Positions 1 to 9,730 of a DNA stretch of 34,556 nt are shown here, piece by piece. The stretch's first letter is position 1. Each line of letters begins with the position of its first letter. Under the pieces are notes generated by a model. It worked only from the letters and a program-made list of their open reading frames with translations, did not search any database and was not told the origin of the DNA. Both the position numbers and the translations under genes were made by a program. Location of the stretch: IMG/VR virus record IMGVR_UViG_3300038423_000572, positions 1-34,556 of that record; one strand, 5' to 3'. Source of the DNA: a virus. Taxonomy: Duplodnaviria > Caudoviricetes.

Positions 1-14
1 ATGGGTCGTCCGTC

Positions 15-80
15 TGTAGAAGAGTCTCGCGCGCGGGCCAATGCAGTTCGTTTTAGGGGCGAATAGCGCGCAATAGCGCG
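15..80 (+). other. Candidate left terminus (starts TGTAG) with tandem AATAGCGCG x2 (62-70, 72-80)
   Basis: Mu-type ends begin with TG; non-coding region just beyond the last early gene; matching right end and target duplication not seen. Confidence 0.35.
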
Positions 81-115
81 TCTGGCAGGCACTTACGAGG
101 GGGAGCGGGCTGGAA

Positions 116-171
116 GGGCGGTCTGATACAGTTTTGGTGGGACGTCCGGCCGTTCGCAGAGGATCGACACA
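116..171 (-). repeat. Bipartite repeat, inverted relative to 34447..34482
   Basis: 153-171 TTCGCAGAGGATCGACACA is the exact reverse complement of 34447-34465; 116-134 matches the reverse complement of 34464-34482 at 16/19. Confidence 0.9.
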
Positions 172-228
172 GTTTCAGGGGCTTTGCAGGGCAAATTCCG
201 AGCGTCTGAAAGTGTATTGAAACGAGGT

Positions 229-753
229 TCATAGGCCAAAGAGGGGAAGCTGTTTCTGGGGTGAACGGGCGGCGGGCTGTTGCCCCTTGCGGCGCTTGGC
301 GGTGAGGACCTGGTGGGCCAGGGCGAGGGCCTCGACGGTTTGGTCTTCGCGTGGAACGGGCTTACAGCGGAGCAGGAGGGCCTCGACCTTGGCGCGCATA
401 CTCTTGGCCTCGCCATAGTATTCTTCCCAGTGGTGGTGCCAGTGTTCCTGGACACAATGCGTGAGGTAGCCGGGCCAGTATTTCACGGTGGCCGTATTCC
501 CCTTGCGGACCACGTCCATTAGGACCTCGAGCATGATGGCCTGGTAGCGCGCGGCAGGGAGGGTGAAACCATGGCTGTTGATGAAGCGGGCCGGCCAGAG
601 AATCACGTAGCGGCGGATGAAGTTGGAATCCTGGGCCCACTTCTTTGCCGTCGCATCGCCGTAGAAGTGGTGGCGGACAAAGTCGAGGAGGCGGTTGACC
701 AGGTCCTCGGGTGTGTCCTGGCGCGGGCGGTCAGTTGGCTGGTCTGGTTTCAT
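229..753 (-). CDS. Hypothetical phage protein (last early gene)
   Basis: 174-aa protein-like ORF, co-oriented with the early operon. Confidence 0.75.
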   Translation of the reverse strand: MKPDQPTDRPRQDTPEDLVNRLLDFVRHHFYGDATAKKWAQDSNFIRRYVILWPARFINSHGFTLPAARYQAIMLEVLMDVVRKGNTATVKYWPGYLTHCVQEHWHHHWEEYYGEAKSMRAKVEALLLRCKPVPREDQTVEALALAHQVLTAKRRKGQQPAARSPQKQLPLFGL

Positions 754-870
754 CGGCAGGCGGGTCTTCTACCTCGGGCGAGGGTGGCGGGTTCGGTGGC
801 TCATCGGGCAAGGGCAAGGGCTTGGCCTCCCAGCAGGAGCCATCGGCGGCGATGAAGTCGGGCATAAAGG

Positions 871-1191
871 TCATTTGATGAGCGCGTGGAGGCGGCGACC
901 GAGTGCGAGGGCGTAACGGATCATGCGCTTACCCTGGCTAAGCGCGGCGTCACGGGCCTGGGTGGCGGCCGGGAGGTCATCGCGCGTGAGTGTGTCGGTT
1001 AGGTGGTAGCCGGCTTGGCCGCGAACGACGTCGGCGCCGAGGGATTCGGCGATAAGCCGGACTTTGCGTTCCGACCAATTGAGTCCGGAGGTCAGTTCGT
1101 GGCGCGTCTGCCAGCCATGTCGCGCGAGCCAGGCGCGCAGGGCGGCCTGGTCATCTAGGTCGAGGGTGAATTGGAGTTCGGGCTGGTTCAC
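871..1191 (-). CDS. Small winged-helix/HTH-like DNA-binding protein
   Basis: GWQTRHELTSGLNWSERKVRLIAE HTH-like segment; GTG start 2 nt after upstream stop. Confidence 0.65.
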   Translation of the reverse strand: MNQPELQFTLDLDDQAALRAWLARHGWQTRHELTSGLNWSERKVRLIAESLGADVVRGQAGYHLTDTLTRDDLPAATQARDAALSQGKRMIRYALALGRRLHALIK

Positions 1192-1193
1192 CG

Positions 1194-2549
1194 TTAGTTG
1201 CCGAGTCTGGCCTTGAGGGCGCCCAGGATCTTGATCTGCGCCGCGCTCATGTGTTTCCTGGGGATGTGGACGCTGAGGACGGCCTCGCCGGTCCGGTGGA
1301 TGAACTGGCCGGTCGCACAGGGCGGAAAGCCGTAAGAGAGCGCAAGGCTAACGAACGCGGTGCGGGGCCAGGCGACATCTGGGTCGGTGCCCTTACCGGC
1401 TAGAATGACTCGGCTGATACGGAATTGCTGTTCCACGGCGGCCATGATGCGATCGAGGGTTGGCCGCGGCGGTTGTTCTTGCTCTGCCGGCTGTTTAACC
1501 GGACGGACGGGTTTGTCCTCCAGCAGACTGAATATGGCCGCAACCTGCCGGACACGGTCCGCTTGCAATGACCGGAAGTGAAGAACGCCGTCCTGGCCAA
1601 GCTCGAGCTTATGCACCTTTACGTGGTTCAGTTCCAACCAGAGAGCTTGCAGGGTCAACTCGGCAAGACCACGGTCGAGAGACCTGGTGAACAGCTTGGC
1701 TTCTTCGGAAGTCACGAAGTCGCGAAGCTGGCGGGCCGCCGAGCCAGGCTCGATCCCTTCACCCGTCATGATCTTGGCGCAGAGATCCGACAGGGCAGTA
1801 TGGCTTTCCCAAAAGTCAGCACCGGTTCCGGGTTTGCTCTCGGTCATCAAGGCGAAGGCGAAGGCGCTATGGATGCCGACCGTCCGCAGGCCAATGGTTC
1901 GCGGCCGGTGAAGAACGGCGTAGTCCACCGCTGGCTCGAAGGCCCTATAGACCTCGAGCGTCTGGCCAACCGAGAGCCGCCGCGTGCGCTGAGGGCAACA
2001 GAGATTGGCCACGCCCATGCAGAGCGAGGCAATGACACTGCCGCGCTTCAGTCCGTGCTGGATGGTCAACTGATCCCCAACCGACCTGGTCGCGCCACGA
2101 TCCACGCAATCCATCGTGGTCATTTCCCGGCCATCGATGGCGCTCGGCAGACCGAAGGTCACCATCATGCGGACGGTGCGCCCACTGAGGATTATGGCCA
2201 AGAGGCGGTGCTGGCCGTCGATCAGTTCGTCACGGTCATCAAAGGCAATGCCCTGGTGCGTGGCCGTCCACTGGTCGCGGAGCATGTCGCGGGCATAAGC
2301 CTTCACGACGTCTTCGCGGACCCGGCGGTTGTGGAAGTTATTCTTGATCCAACGCCTGGCCAGGTCTGGCGTGATGTCCATCCAGATGGACTGGACCTTG
2401 CCGAGCGAGGCGGCGGTGACGCCGTTCCTGGCCACAGGAAGGGGCTCGCCTGGTCCATAGATCCCAAGCCGGTGGCGCTCGGCCGCGTCAATGGCGAGGA
2501 GCGGGCTGAGTCCGGGTGCGAAGGGAGTCGATTGCGTTGCGGTTGTCAT
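1194..2549 (-). CDS. ParB-like (DGQHR) N-terminal domain fused to a C-terminal DnaA domain IV-like HTH
   Basis: NRRVR...YARDM...GIAFD...LIDGQHRLLAI; C-terminal LDRIMAAVEQQFRISRVILAGKG...VAWPR. Confidence 0.75.
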   Translation of the reverse strand: MTTATQSTPFAPGLSPLLAIDAAERHRLGIYGPGEPLPVARNGVTAASLGKVQSIWMDITPDLARRWIKNNFHNRRVREDVVKAYARDMLRDQWTATHQGIAFDDRDELIDGQHRLLAIILSGRTVRMMVTFGLPSAIDGREMTTMDCVDRGATRSVGDQLTIQHGLKRGSVIASLCMGVANLCCPQRTRRLSVGQTLEVYRAFEPAVDYAVLHRPRTIGLRTVGIHSAFAFALMTESKPGTGADFWESHTALSDLCAKIMTGEGIEPGSAARQLRDFVTSEEAKLFTRSLDRGLAELTLQALWLELNHVKVHKLELGQDGVLHFRSLQADRVRQVAAIFSLLEDKPVRPVKQPAEQEQPPRPTLDRIMAAVEQQFRISRVILAGKGTDPDVAWPRTAFVSLALSYGFPPCATGQFIHRTGEAVLSVHIPRKHMSAAQIKILGALKARLGN

Positions 2550-3339
2550 GATTACCGTTTTGTTGATTTAACAGGAGGGCCGAGATGGCGCGACGCGATT
2601 TGGCCGCGCGATAGCGCATGGCGTTTTGGCGCGCGCAATCGGCCCTGGACCGCAAGCCGAGGTTGCGCGGGGACAGGTTGTTTTTATTCCCGTCCACGCA
2701 GATCACGGTGTAGCCGGCCGGGACCGGGCGGCCATTGTGCTGCACCCAGATGGTGTGATGGAGCGCGGGGCGGCCGGTGCCGGGCTTGAAAGGTCCAGGG
2801 TAGTAGCCGTCCCCCTTTGGGGACCAAAAGAAAAGCCGACGGTGCCAGATCACTCCCCGGCTGGCCAACTTGAGTTTGACTGGGGCGCTCCCAGAGTCGT
2901 GGCCGGCATTGGCCGCGCGGGCGATGTCCCAGGCACGGGGCGTCGTATAGTCGAACGGCTCGACGTTGCTGGAGAACGGCTCCTGCGGGCGCTCCTTCCC
3001 GCGCTTCAGCTTGCGCCGTGCGCGGGCAATGAACTCGGCCCGCTTGTTCATCGGCCAATGCCGCCACTCAACCTTGAGCTGAGGCGGTATCATGATCCGC
3101 GTTAGGCCGGCAATCATGACATCGATTTGGGCCGGCGTAGCCGGAGTGTGGGGGGCCCAACAGCCGTTTGGCAGATGGCGATTTGGAGGGAGGGGCGGCC
3201 GGACGGCGAGGCCGCGGCGCTGGAAGACCTTCCGGAGTGATCCGCGGTCGTGTCCATAGGCGCGGGCCAGACCGGCCAGCGAACAACCACGCTGGTAGTC
3301 GGCATACATCGTGGAGACGAGATCGGAGGGGAGGGTCAT
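2488..3339 (-). CDS. HTH plus degenerate HNH endonuclease-like protein
   Basis: N-terminal YQRGCSLAGLARAYG; C-terminal LHHTIWVQHNGRPVPAGYTVICVDGNKNNLSPRNL (HNH_3-like, usual His replaced by Cys). Confidence 0.7.
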   Translation of the reverse strand: MTLPSDLVSTMYADYQRGCSLAGLARAYGHDRGSLRKVFQRRGLAVRPPLPPNRHLPNGCWAPHTPATPAQIDVMIAGLTRIMIPPQLKVEWRHWPMNKRAEFIARARRKLKRGKERPQEPFSSNVEPFDYTTPRAWDIARAANAGHDSGSAPVKLKLASRGVIWHRRLFFWSPKGDGYYPGPFKPGTGRPALHHTIWVQHNGRPVPAGYTVICVDGNKNNLSPRNLGLRSRADCARQNAMRYRAAKSRRAISALLLNQQNGNHDNRNAIDSLRTRTQPAPRH

Positions 3340-3719
3340 GGGTCAACGGCCTCCTCTGGCGGGGAAAGGCCAATCATGTGGTAACCGCAGGCGGGGCAGT
3401 AGAGCTGTTTGATGTGGGCCCGTCCGCAGATGTCTGCTTCTCGGACGAATGATCCAAAGTCGAACTGGTAAGCGCAGTGCTGGCACTTGGGAGGCCCGTG
3501 ATGATTGATGCAACCCTCTACTCTCACGACGTCGCCGGTCATGGCGCTGGCCTCGTAAAAGGCATTCCATCGACGGCGCCGTAAAGACTTGGCGGCGCGG
3601 ACCTGTAGCACAAGCAGGCGCTTCTCCATCCTCCTGGCGGCCCGCTTGATCTCGACCGTATCGGGCGCGAATGTCTTAACCGCGTCCAACAGGGTAACAG
3701 TTGCGTCCAGAAGATTCAC
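3336..3719 (-). CDS. Hypothetical protein with C-terminal Zn ribbon
   Basis: CQHC...CPAC; ATGA overlap with next gene. Confidence 0.65.
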   Translation of the reverse strand: MNLLDATVTLLDAVKTFAPDTVEIKRAARRMEKRLLVLQVRAAKSLRRRRWNAFYEASAMTGDVVRVEGCINHHGPPKCQHCAYQFDFGSFVREADICGRAHIKQLYCPACGYHMIGLSPPEEAVDP

Positions 3720-3722
3720 CGG

Positions 3723-4121
3723 TCATTCCCTTGTGGCGGCGCGCAGTTGCTCCGTCAGTCTGTTGAGTTCGATTTCGTTGGCAGAACGCACACGCTCGAA
3801 GTATCGCAGGATCAAGGTGCGGTGGTTGTTGATCCAGTCCTCATACTTCCGGACTGAGTTGCAGGGACAGCCCCAGACGAATCGGCGCCCATCAATGTAA
3901 CCGAAGGAGATGGCATCGCTGGTGTTGTTCTCCTGGTATTTTTCGGGCTCCGCTTTGGCCGCCTGCTGCAGACATTCAAGCTCACCCTCATCCATGTAAT
4001 GACCGGAGCCGACGTAATGGGTAACCCCGCAGAATTCACACTCGGCAGCCGGTGTGCCGCCGTCGCAGAGGACATCAGCGAATTCTTCACTGGGGGGATC
4101 GAGCTTGGGTTTCTTGCTCAT
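3723..4121 (-). CDS. Hypothetical Cys-containing phage protein
   Basis: 132-aa ORF with CEFC and CPC, tightly packed in operon. Confidence 0.7.
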   Translation of the reverse strand: MSKKPKLDPPSEEFADVLCDGGTPAAECEFCGVTHYVGSGHYMDEGELECLQQAAKAEPEKYQENNTSDAISFGYIDGRRFVWGCPCNSVRKYEDWINNHRTLILRYFERVRSANEIELNRLTEQLRAATRE

Positions 4122-4125
4122 GCGC

Positions 4126-4677
4126 TCAGAAGGGTTGATTCTCGCTGACCGCGGCCAAGTCGGGCGCCGGTTCCGTGGGTTTGGCGGCCCTGGCGCGGCG
4201 GCGCACGTTCAGCGTCATCATGAGCTGGTGCAGACTCTCGGTGGGAAGATCGTCCAGAGCGCTGAGCCCGGCGCAAATATGGGCGCACTGGGGAAGGGCG
4301 AGGACATAGGCATCGCCGCCGAGCGGCTCAGCGTGTTTGCGGATGCGCCAGAGGAGGCGGCGCCGGAAGCCTGGAGTGTCCGCGGTAAGGATCCGGTTAG
4401 GCCGCCGTTGATGGTCGCGGCCGGCCGTGACAGTGATCAGCTCGGCTGGGAGCGTCTCGACCGTAAGGGCCACCTTGTCGGCGAACATGCCCAGGTGGGC
4501 ATAGACGTGGTCGATGTCGCCGGTGTTGTCCAGGTCGTTCATGCTGAGGACCTGACGGCCAACGGCCTGGCTGATGACCTGGAGGCGGCGGTCGCGGTCC
4601 TGGGGATCCCAACCCTGGGCTCGGCAGGCGCGGGGCCAGCGGTCCAGGAGGATTGACATGCGTTGTTTGGCGGTCAT
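4126..4677 (-). CDS. Mu gp16/GemA-like regulatory protein
   Basis: MTAKQR...ACRAQGWD..DRDRRLQVISQAVGRQVLSMNDL resembles the GemA N-terminus; position in early operon. Confidence 0.45.
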   Translation of the reverse strand: MTAKQRMSILLDRWPRACRAQGWDPQDRDRRLQVISQAVGRQVLSMNDLDNTGDIDHVYAHLGMFADKVALTVETLPAELITVTAGRDHQRRPNRILTADTPGFRRRLLWRIRKHAEPLGGDAYVLALPQCAHICAGLSALDDLPTESLHQLMMTLNVRRRARAAKPTEPAPDLAAVSENQPF

Positions 4678-4681
4678 GGGC

Positions 4682-5218
4682 TTAATGCTTGATCTGTCTC
4701 AGCCCGGTTAGCATGGCGAAGCGGTCAGCCAGCCGTTCCACGGTCGCCCTGGTCTGGCCGCAGACCTCAGCACGCTCTTTCAGGGCGCGCAGGCCATGCA
4801 ACACGTTTCCATGATCCATTAGGCGATCCCCCAACCGGAAGCGGCGACCGATTTGATCGAGAGAGAGAGGTGTGAAGTCCCTGGCGACTCGCATGGCGTG
4901 GAACCGCGGCCACACGATGTGCTCAGCCTTCGATCGCAACGCCAAATCATCCCGCGAGAGCCGAAAATATTCGCGGACAAGTCCCTTCGCGCACTCTACT
5001 ACCGTGTCCCAGTTGGCTGACTCCTTGCGCCAGGGTTTTACCAACTCCTCGAGCATTTCTCGCAGTTGCAAGATCTCCGAAGTACCTTTCGCCATCCAGG
5101 CCTCCAAGATCTCCAACCTCGCGACGACAGCGGCTCGCTCGGGATCAACCGCGCCTAGGTGACACACTTGTGTTGCCGGGTCAGTAAGCGAGTTCGAAGT
5201 TCGCGTCCTCATTGGCAA
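4682..5218 (-). CDS. DnaA domain IV-like HTH protein
   Basis: VREYFRLSRDDLALRSKAEHIVWPRFHAMRVARDFTPLSLDQIGRRF...DHGNVLHG. Confidence 0.8.
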   Translation of the reverse strand: MPMRTRTSNSLTDPATQVCHLGAVDPERAAVVARLEILEAWMAKGTSEILQLREMLEELVKPWRKESANWDTVVECAKGLVREYFRLSRDDLALRSKAEHIVWPRFHAMRVARDFTPLSLDQIGRRFRLGDRLMDHGNVLHGLRALKERAEVCGQTRATVERLADRFAMLTGLRQIKH

Positions 5219-5580
5219 AGCTCCATTAGGGCGGCGTAGTAGTCATCGTCCGGCTCTTCATCCCAGGCCTCGTCCGCTCGAACCTGGTCATAGCAGTGGT
5301 CACAAAGGCCCGGATGGCCAAAATCGAAGCTCTCAATGCCAGCCCAAAAATCACCGCAGGAACGGCAGTAGCCGGCCTCCTGGGCGTGCTTGCGGCAAAG
5401 CACCTCATCTGGCGCGCGCTCGCGGGCCTTGGCCCGTTCAGATCCTCTGCCGTGGCTCCAGATCAGCCGCGGCGGCTCGGGCAGGAAGCAGGCGATTGCG
5501 TGGGGGCCTCCGCATTTCTGACAGACTTGGCGCCGCACATAATAGCGGAGCCGGCGCTTGGCTTTGTAGCGGACGCTCAT
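5209..5580 (-). CDS. Cys-rich (Zn-finger) hypothetical protein
   Basis: CQKC, CRKH, CRSC, CDHC; start reassigned to ATG 5580. Confidence 0.55.
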   Translation of the reverse strand: MSVRYKAKRRLRYYVRRQVCQKCGGPHAIACFLPEPPRLIWSHGRGSERAKARERAPDEVLCRKHAQEAGYCRSCGDFWAGIESFDFGHPGLCDHCYDQVRADEAWDEEPDDDYYAALMELCQ

Positions 5581-5584
5581 AGGC

Positions 5585-5992
5585 TCAGAAGGGTTTGTCA
5601 TCGCCGCCCAGCCCGTCCTCGAAAGCACGGAACGCGCAATCGAGGGCGACCATTTCCCGGCCGAGGGCGCAACTGGCCTGGACGTCCTCTTCAAGCTTGG
5701 CCAGCCAGGCGGCGATGGTGCGGGCTCTGAAGTTGAACAGGATGCCAATGGTTTTGAGATCGTAGCTCGTGTAGCGGCGCACAAGCCAGGCCGCGACCGA
5801 TTGAGCGAACCGGACGGACCGGGTCGTGCCGTACTTTTCGAGCTGCTCCGATGTCACCGCGAACTTACGGCAGGCAAACCGGACCACGCGGGCGGCCATG
5901 TCAAAATCGGCAACGGAGCCGCCGAGGCGAGCCGCGCGCCGATGTTGCCTCTGACTCGGGGGCGTTTGGCTGTCGAACTTGGTCGGGTTCAT
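5585..5992 (-). CDS. DnaA domain IV-like HTH protein
   Basis: VVRFACRKFAVTSEQL...VRFAQSVAAWLVRRYTSYDLKTIGILFN. Confidence 0.7.
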   Translation of the reverse strand: MNPTKFDSQTPPSQRQHRRAARLGGSVADFDMAARVVRFACRKFAVTSEQLEKYGTTRSVRFAQSVAAWLVRRYTSYDLKTIGILFNFRARTIAAWLAKLEEDVQASCALGREMVALDCAFRAFEDGLGGDDKPF

Positions 5993-6231
5993 GGGAAATT
6001 AACCCGCACACAGCGGGGTTTCAGCATCGGGGTCCGTTTCGCCTGCTCGTTGGCCCAGGCCTGTGGAGCCAGCACCTCGGCGAGCGCCCAGCGGCCGGCG
6101 AGAGCCGGATGGCGGAAGCTCTCGGCGGGCAATAGCGAATAAAGGATGTCGCGCTGTTGCGGGGTGAGCGCCTGGGGGCAGAGCGCGGCAACGGGCCAGT
6201 TGCCGTCAGTCACGAGGTCGATGGGGATCAT
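5989..6231 (-). CDS. Hypothetical protein
   Basis: 80 aa; ATGA overlap with downstream gene. Confidence 0.55.
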   Translation of the reverse strand: MIPIDLVTDGNWPVAALCPQALTPQQRDILYSLLPAESFRHPALAGRWALAEVLAPQAWANEQAKRTPMLKPRCVRVNFP

Positions 6232-6259
6232 TGGGATTGAGGGTTGAGGATTGGACGGG

Positions 6260-6478
6260 TTAACGCAGGCCGCGAAACAGCGCCCAGGCGAACCACATCA
6301 AGATCGCGATGAGCAGAATTAGCCTGGCCAGGTCACAGCAGGCCGCCAGGCACCCGATGCCGGCGCCGAAGAGCAACGTGCCGGCACACAGACCGCAAAT
6401 GGCAAATCCGCGACGGAGCAAGAACCGCCTTGGCGCCCGGCGACTCGGCAATAAGGGATAGCGAATCAGCGGCATCAT
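6260..6478 (-). CDS. Small two-TM membrane protein
   Basis: Two hydrophobic stretches; ATGA overlap at 6475-6478. Confidence 0.5.
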   Translation of the reverse strand: MMPLIRYPLLPSRRAPRRFLLRRGFAICGLCAGTLLFGAGIGCLAACCDLARLILLIAILMWFAWALFRGLR

Positions 6479-6825
6479 GTTGCCTCCTTTTCCCGCCACT
6501 TATTTGCCAGGATTTCTTTGACCCGGCAGCCGGTTATATCGTTGAACGGCACGGTCGCCAGGTAAGCGTCGATTTCATGGATGAGTTCCGTGGCGGCTCG
6601 CTCGACACTCCGGGGAGCCAGTTTGTGGCGGACCTGGTCGACCGGCTCGCCCCACAACGCGGCGGCTGCCTCAGTGAGCAGGGCGAAGGACTGCGTTCCG
6701 AGTCCGAGGTGGTAGCCGACTTCGTGGTTCTCATTCATGATGCGAAGCACGTGTTCGATCGCCCTTTTGGCCTTGTCCTCGTTTGACAGGCCGTCCATTT
6801 GCGTGTCGCTGAACATGTCGCTCAT
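6475..6825 (-). CDS. Hypothetical protein
   Basis: 116 aa, stop/start overlaps at both ends. Confidence 0.65.
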   Translation of the reverse strand: MSDMFSDTQMDGLSNEDKAKRAIEHVLRIMNENHEVGYHLGLGTQSFALLTEAAAALWGEPVDQVRHKLAPRSVERAATELIHEIDAYLATVPFNDITGCRVKEILANKWREKEAT

Positions 6826-7346
6826 GCGCCCTCCTGCAGTTTGGCGGTTTCAGGTTTGGGCCGGATGAAGAACTGCTCGTCTTGGCAGAACTGGATCCCG
6901 GCCGCCATGCACTGTTCGGGGGAGAGCTTTTCCCGGTCCGCCAACAGCGCCTGCTTGTCCACCTGGGCTTCGGGCTCCCGGATATAGGCTTTGCCCCATG
7001 CCAACCGAAGCAGTCTGGCCAGCACGTCCTTCCACCGGACCTTCTTGCTCGATGTCTCCACGCGCGGCGGCGTGATCTCAAACCCGAACTCGGCCAACGT
7101 AGTCTCTCGGCTCTTCTTGTCCGGGAAAAGCTCTGCCCGGTGGGCGAGGCAATAGTCCTGGATGGCCGTCTCCAGGCGCCCAATGTCTTCGAGGACCGGC
7201 GCAATCTTTTTTTGGAACGCCTGCTCGATGAGAGCGACGTCCCCGTCCTTGCCGGCGGTCAATTCGGTGTGCTCGATGCGTTTGCGCACGACGTCCGCCA
7301 CGGCGGCATCCACGGCCTCGGGCGAGGCAATGGTCAGTGTTTTCAT
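6822..7346 (-). CDS. gam: Mu Gam-like host-nuclease inhibitor (DNA end protection)
   Basis: IQDYCLAHRAELF..KKS...FGF..TPP...YIR....VDKQALL...GIQF.QDEQFFI. Confidence 0.88.
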   Translation of the reverse strand: MKTLTIASPEAVDAAVADVVRKRIEHTELTAGKDGDVALIEQAFQKKIAPVLEDIGRLETAIQDYCLAHRAELFPDKKSRETTLAEFGFEITPPRVETSSKKVRWKDVLARLLRLAWGKAYIREPEAQVDKQALLADREKLSPEQCMAAGIQFCQDEQFFIRPKPETAKLQEGA

Positions 7347-7363
7347 GTCTGTTTTTTCCTTGG

Positions 7364-8104
7364 TTACAGTTTTGGAAGCCGGCCCATCAGTCGGGCCGAC
7401 ATGGTCGTGAGGCGAGCGTTGATGCTTTCGCGGACGTGCGCGGGCTCGGCCGCGCAGAATTTCTGGATCTTGGCCACGGTGTCCATGGTGGCCTCGACGA
7501 GGATACCGCGGAGGAAGGCGCGGGCGTGCTCAAGCTGATGGTCCAGAGAGTCGGCTATGTCCACCGGCAGGAAGAAGGAGGCCTTCTGCGCCGAAAATGC
7601 GTGTGAGACCGAGAAGCAATTGCCGCCAGGCCTCACCATGACCGAGAGATCGTAACTGACGAGGATTGCGGCCAGCATCGGGATTTCGAACGGGCCAGGG
7701 TGGGGCAGCCTGATTTGTTGGTCATTGCTGAGCTCAACCTGGCCGATGAAGCGGCGGTAATCCCGCCAGTGCTGCGGGGTCAGGAGTTCGGACGCCGTCA
7801 GTTCCGCGAACGCGACCAGGTCTTTCGGGGCCGAGAGCGAGACGGAGTCCCAGGCGGACAGGGGGATCGCGGCTGACCCAACAGCGGCGTCCACGACGCA
7901 AGGCCGGGCCATGTCGAGGTCTGGGGCGGCCTTGAAGTCCTGGCGCGCCACGATCGCGGCGCACGCCTGGCAATCAACCTCGCCGATGGCGTAGTTCCAG
8001 CCGGCGGAAGCGCCGCCGGCGCCGCCGCCACAGATCGGGCGGCCGTTCGGGCCGGCAAGATGGATCCGGCCGCCCTCGGCTCTGATTAGAAGTTTGGGAG
8101 CCAT
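7364..8104 (-). CDS. Hypothetical protein with N-terminal H/C Zn-binding motif
   Basis: IHL...PICG...VDCQAC; start reassigned to ATG 8104. Confidence 0.6.
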   Translation of the reverse strand: MAPKLLIRAEGGRIHLAGPNGRPICGGGAGGASAGWNYAIGEVDCQACAAIVARQDFKAAPDLDMARPCVVDAAVGSAAIPLSAWDSVSLSAPKDLVAFAELTASELLTPQHWRDYRRFIGQVELSNDQQIRLPHPGPFEIPMLAAILVSYDLSVMVRPGGNCFSVSHAFSAQKASFFLPVDIADSLDHQLEHARAFLRGILVEATMDTVAKIQKFCAAEPAHVRESINARLTTMSARLMGRLPKL

Positions 8105-8118
8105 AGGAGAGATGCGAT

Positions 8119-8589
8119 TCAGTCGATTGGGATTTTGAGGGCCGCCAGCGTGGCGAGGAAGTGCGACTGCACTTTCTTGACCAGGTCGGCGCAGATCTGG
8201 TCGAAGCCGGTGAGGACGATTTCCTTCGGCTCGACGAAGCTCAACGCCTCGCTGGCGACGGTCGTGGTGACGGTGTCGGGCGTGTTGTCTATGAACCACC
8301 CTTCGAGCTTGAAGCTGATGTGTTCGTAATCGTCCTCGGTCTTGCCGCGGCCCCAAGGAGCGTTTCGGAGGGATTGGACGAAGGCAGTTTGTGCAATGCA
8401 GATGGCGCGCTCCGAGTCTGCCAGGCTGACGTCGCACCGGCCGGTGATTTTGTATTTGTGGTCAACGTCGAGAGAAAAGGCGACGATGATTTCGGATTCG
8501 CAGAATCGAGCCGGCCGCTCGGAGGCCGGCTTCGTGTGGGCTTTCGTGTCGCTGAGGAGTGTGGTTTCTACTGGAGGGTTTGTTTTCAT
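8119..8589 (-). CDS. Hypothetical protein
   Basis: 156-aa ORF with A-rich leader, downstream of the ATPase. Confidence 0.7.
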   Translation of the reverse strand: MKTNPPVETTLLSDTKAHTKPASERPARFCESEIIVAFSLDVDHKYKITGRCDVSLADSERAICIAQTAFVQSLRNAPWGRGKTEDDYEHISFKLEGWFIDNTPDTVTTTVASEALSFVEPKEIVLTGFDQICADLVKKVQSHFLATLAALKIPID

Positions 8590-8618
8590 TGTTTTTTTTG
8601 GGGGACTCAGACAGGGGG

Positions 8619-9695
8619 TTACGGCGCCGGGGTTCGGTTCATTTGGGCCAAGGCTGAGCGGATGGCTTCCTTGACCTCCTTGACGTCGGCGCGCTCGTGG
8701 CGGCCCAACTTGGCGGCCACGCGGCGGATAAGGCTGTAGTGGCCGAAGTGGCTGGCGGCCTCGGAGATGGCCCGCACGGCCGGCTCAGTCTCCGCGAACT
8801 GATTTGCGGGAAAGAACTTGGCGGCGTCGGCCGGCGCGATGGTGGTGAGCTGAATGACGGCGTGGGTGCGGCGGTCCAGTTGCTCGGCCTCGACCGGATA
8901 CCAATAGTTCCACCGGTCGTGGGCCGCGCGGATGGCGCACAAGACGAGGACCAGGCCGGTCCGATTGAGCAAAAGCTTGAGCCCGTTCAACGCCTGCAAT
9001 CCGAAGAACTCGGCCTCGTCAATGGCCAGGATTGTCTTCTGCTTGCTCAGCCCTTTGATCAGCAGGTTCTCGAGGAGGATGGGGCTGGTCTCGCCGTTGG
9101 TCCTGAAGCTGAGCGCGCTGGCGATGTCCCGGAGGGCGGTGGAATAGGAGCGGCGCCGCTCGGTGGCGCACGCCGCCCGCCAGGATTCGCGGGCCTCTAC
9201 AGGCTTGGCCCCGCAGGTCTTGGCCAAATAGTTGCATAACATTGTTTTGCCGCCCCCGGTCGGCGCCAGATATTTCACGAGGCGCTCGGGGGATTCCTTG
9301 GCGCGGCACTCTTCCACGGCGACGCGCACGGCCCGGAACTGGGAGAGCTCGATGATGACCTGGCTGTTGAGGCGCTCTTGGAGTTCACGCTGGCGCGGCA
9401 GGTCCTCCAGGATGCCGGCGATCCGTTCCATCTCGGCCCGCCAGGTCTCGGCGGAGACTTGCTGGAGATAGTTGTCCTTGGGGTCCGGCTCGATGGCGTT
9501 GAGCATCTTGCTGAGCTTGCTCTGTCCAAACGGCAGGTAGAGGCGGGCGAACTCGGCGGCGCTCGCTTCTTTTTCAATTTCGGCTTTGAGCCTCAACAGG
9601 ATGGCGCGGTCCGAATCGGACAGCGCCCATTTTCCGGGCGGGCTATTGGCTGGCATAGTTGGTTCAGGTGGGTTGGCGTTGGGTGGAGGGGTCAT
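8619..9695 (-). CDS. MuB/TnsC-like AAA+ transposition ATPase
   Basis: Walker A APTGGGKT, Walker B ILAIDEAE; directly after transposase; start probably ATG 9695 (or 9656). Confidence 0.88.
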   Translation of the reverse strand: MTPPPNANPPEPTMPANSPPGKWALSDSDRAILLRLKAEIEKEASAAEFARLYLPFGQSKLSKMLNAIEPDPKDNYLQQVSAETWRAEMERIAGILEDLPRQRELQERLNSQVIIELSQFRAVRVAVEECRAKESPERLVKYLAPTGGGKTMLCNYLAKTCGAKPVEARESWRAACATERRRSYSTALRDIASALSFRTNGETSPILLENLLIKGLSKQKTILAIDEAEFFGLQALNGLKLLLNRTGLVLVLCAIRAAHDRWNYWYPVEAEQLDRRTHAVIQLTTIAPADAAKFFPANQFAETEPAVRAISEAASHFGHYSLIRRVAAKLGRHERADVKEVKEAIRSALAQMNRTPAP

Positions 9696-9730
9696 ATCGG
9701 GTTGAGGGTTTAGAGGTGAGGATTGAGGGA

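Noticed and set aside
213-221. TGTATTGAA (also 34468-34476) resembling the Mu left end TGTATTGA
   Set aside because: Only 9 bp, in direct orientation at both sites, so it cannot form a TG...CA pair
2488-3339. Active HNH homing endonuclease or intron
   Set aside because: HNH motif is degenerate, the gene is embedded in the operon, and no split host gene is seen
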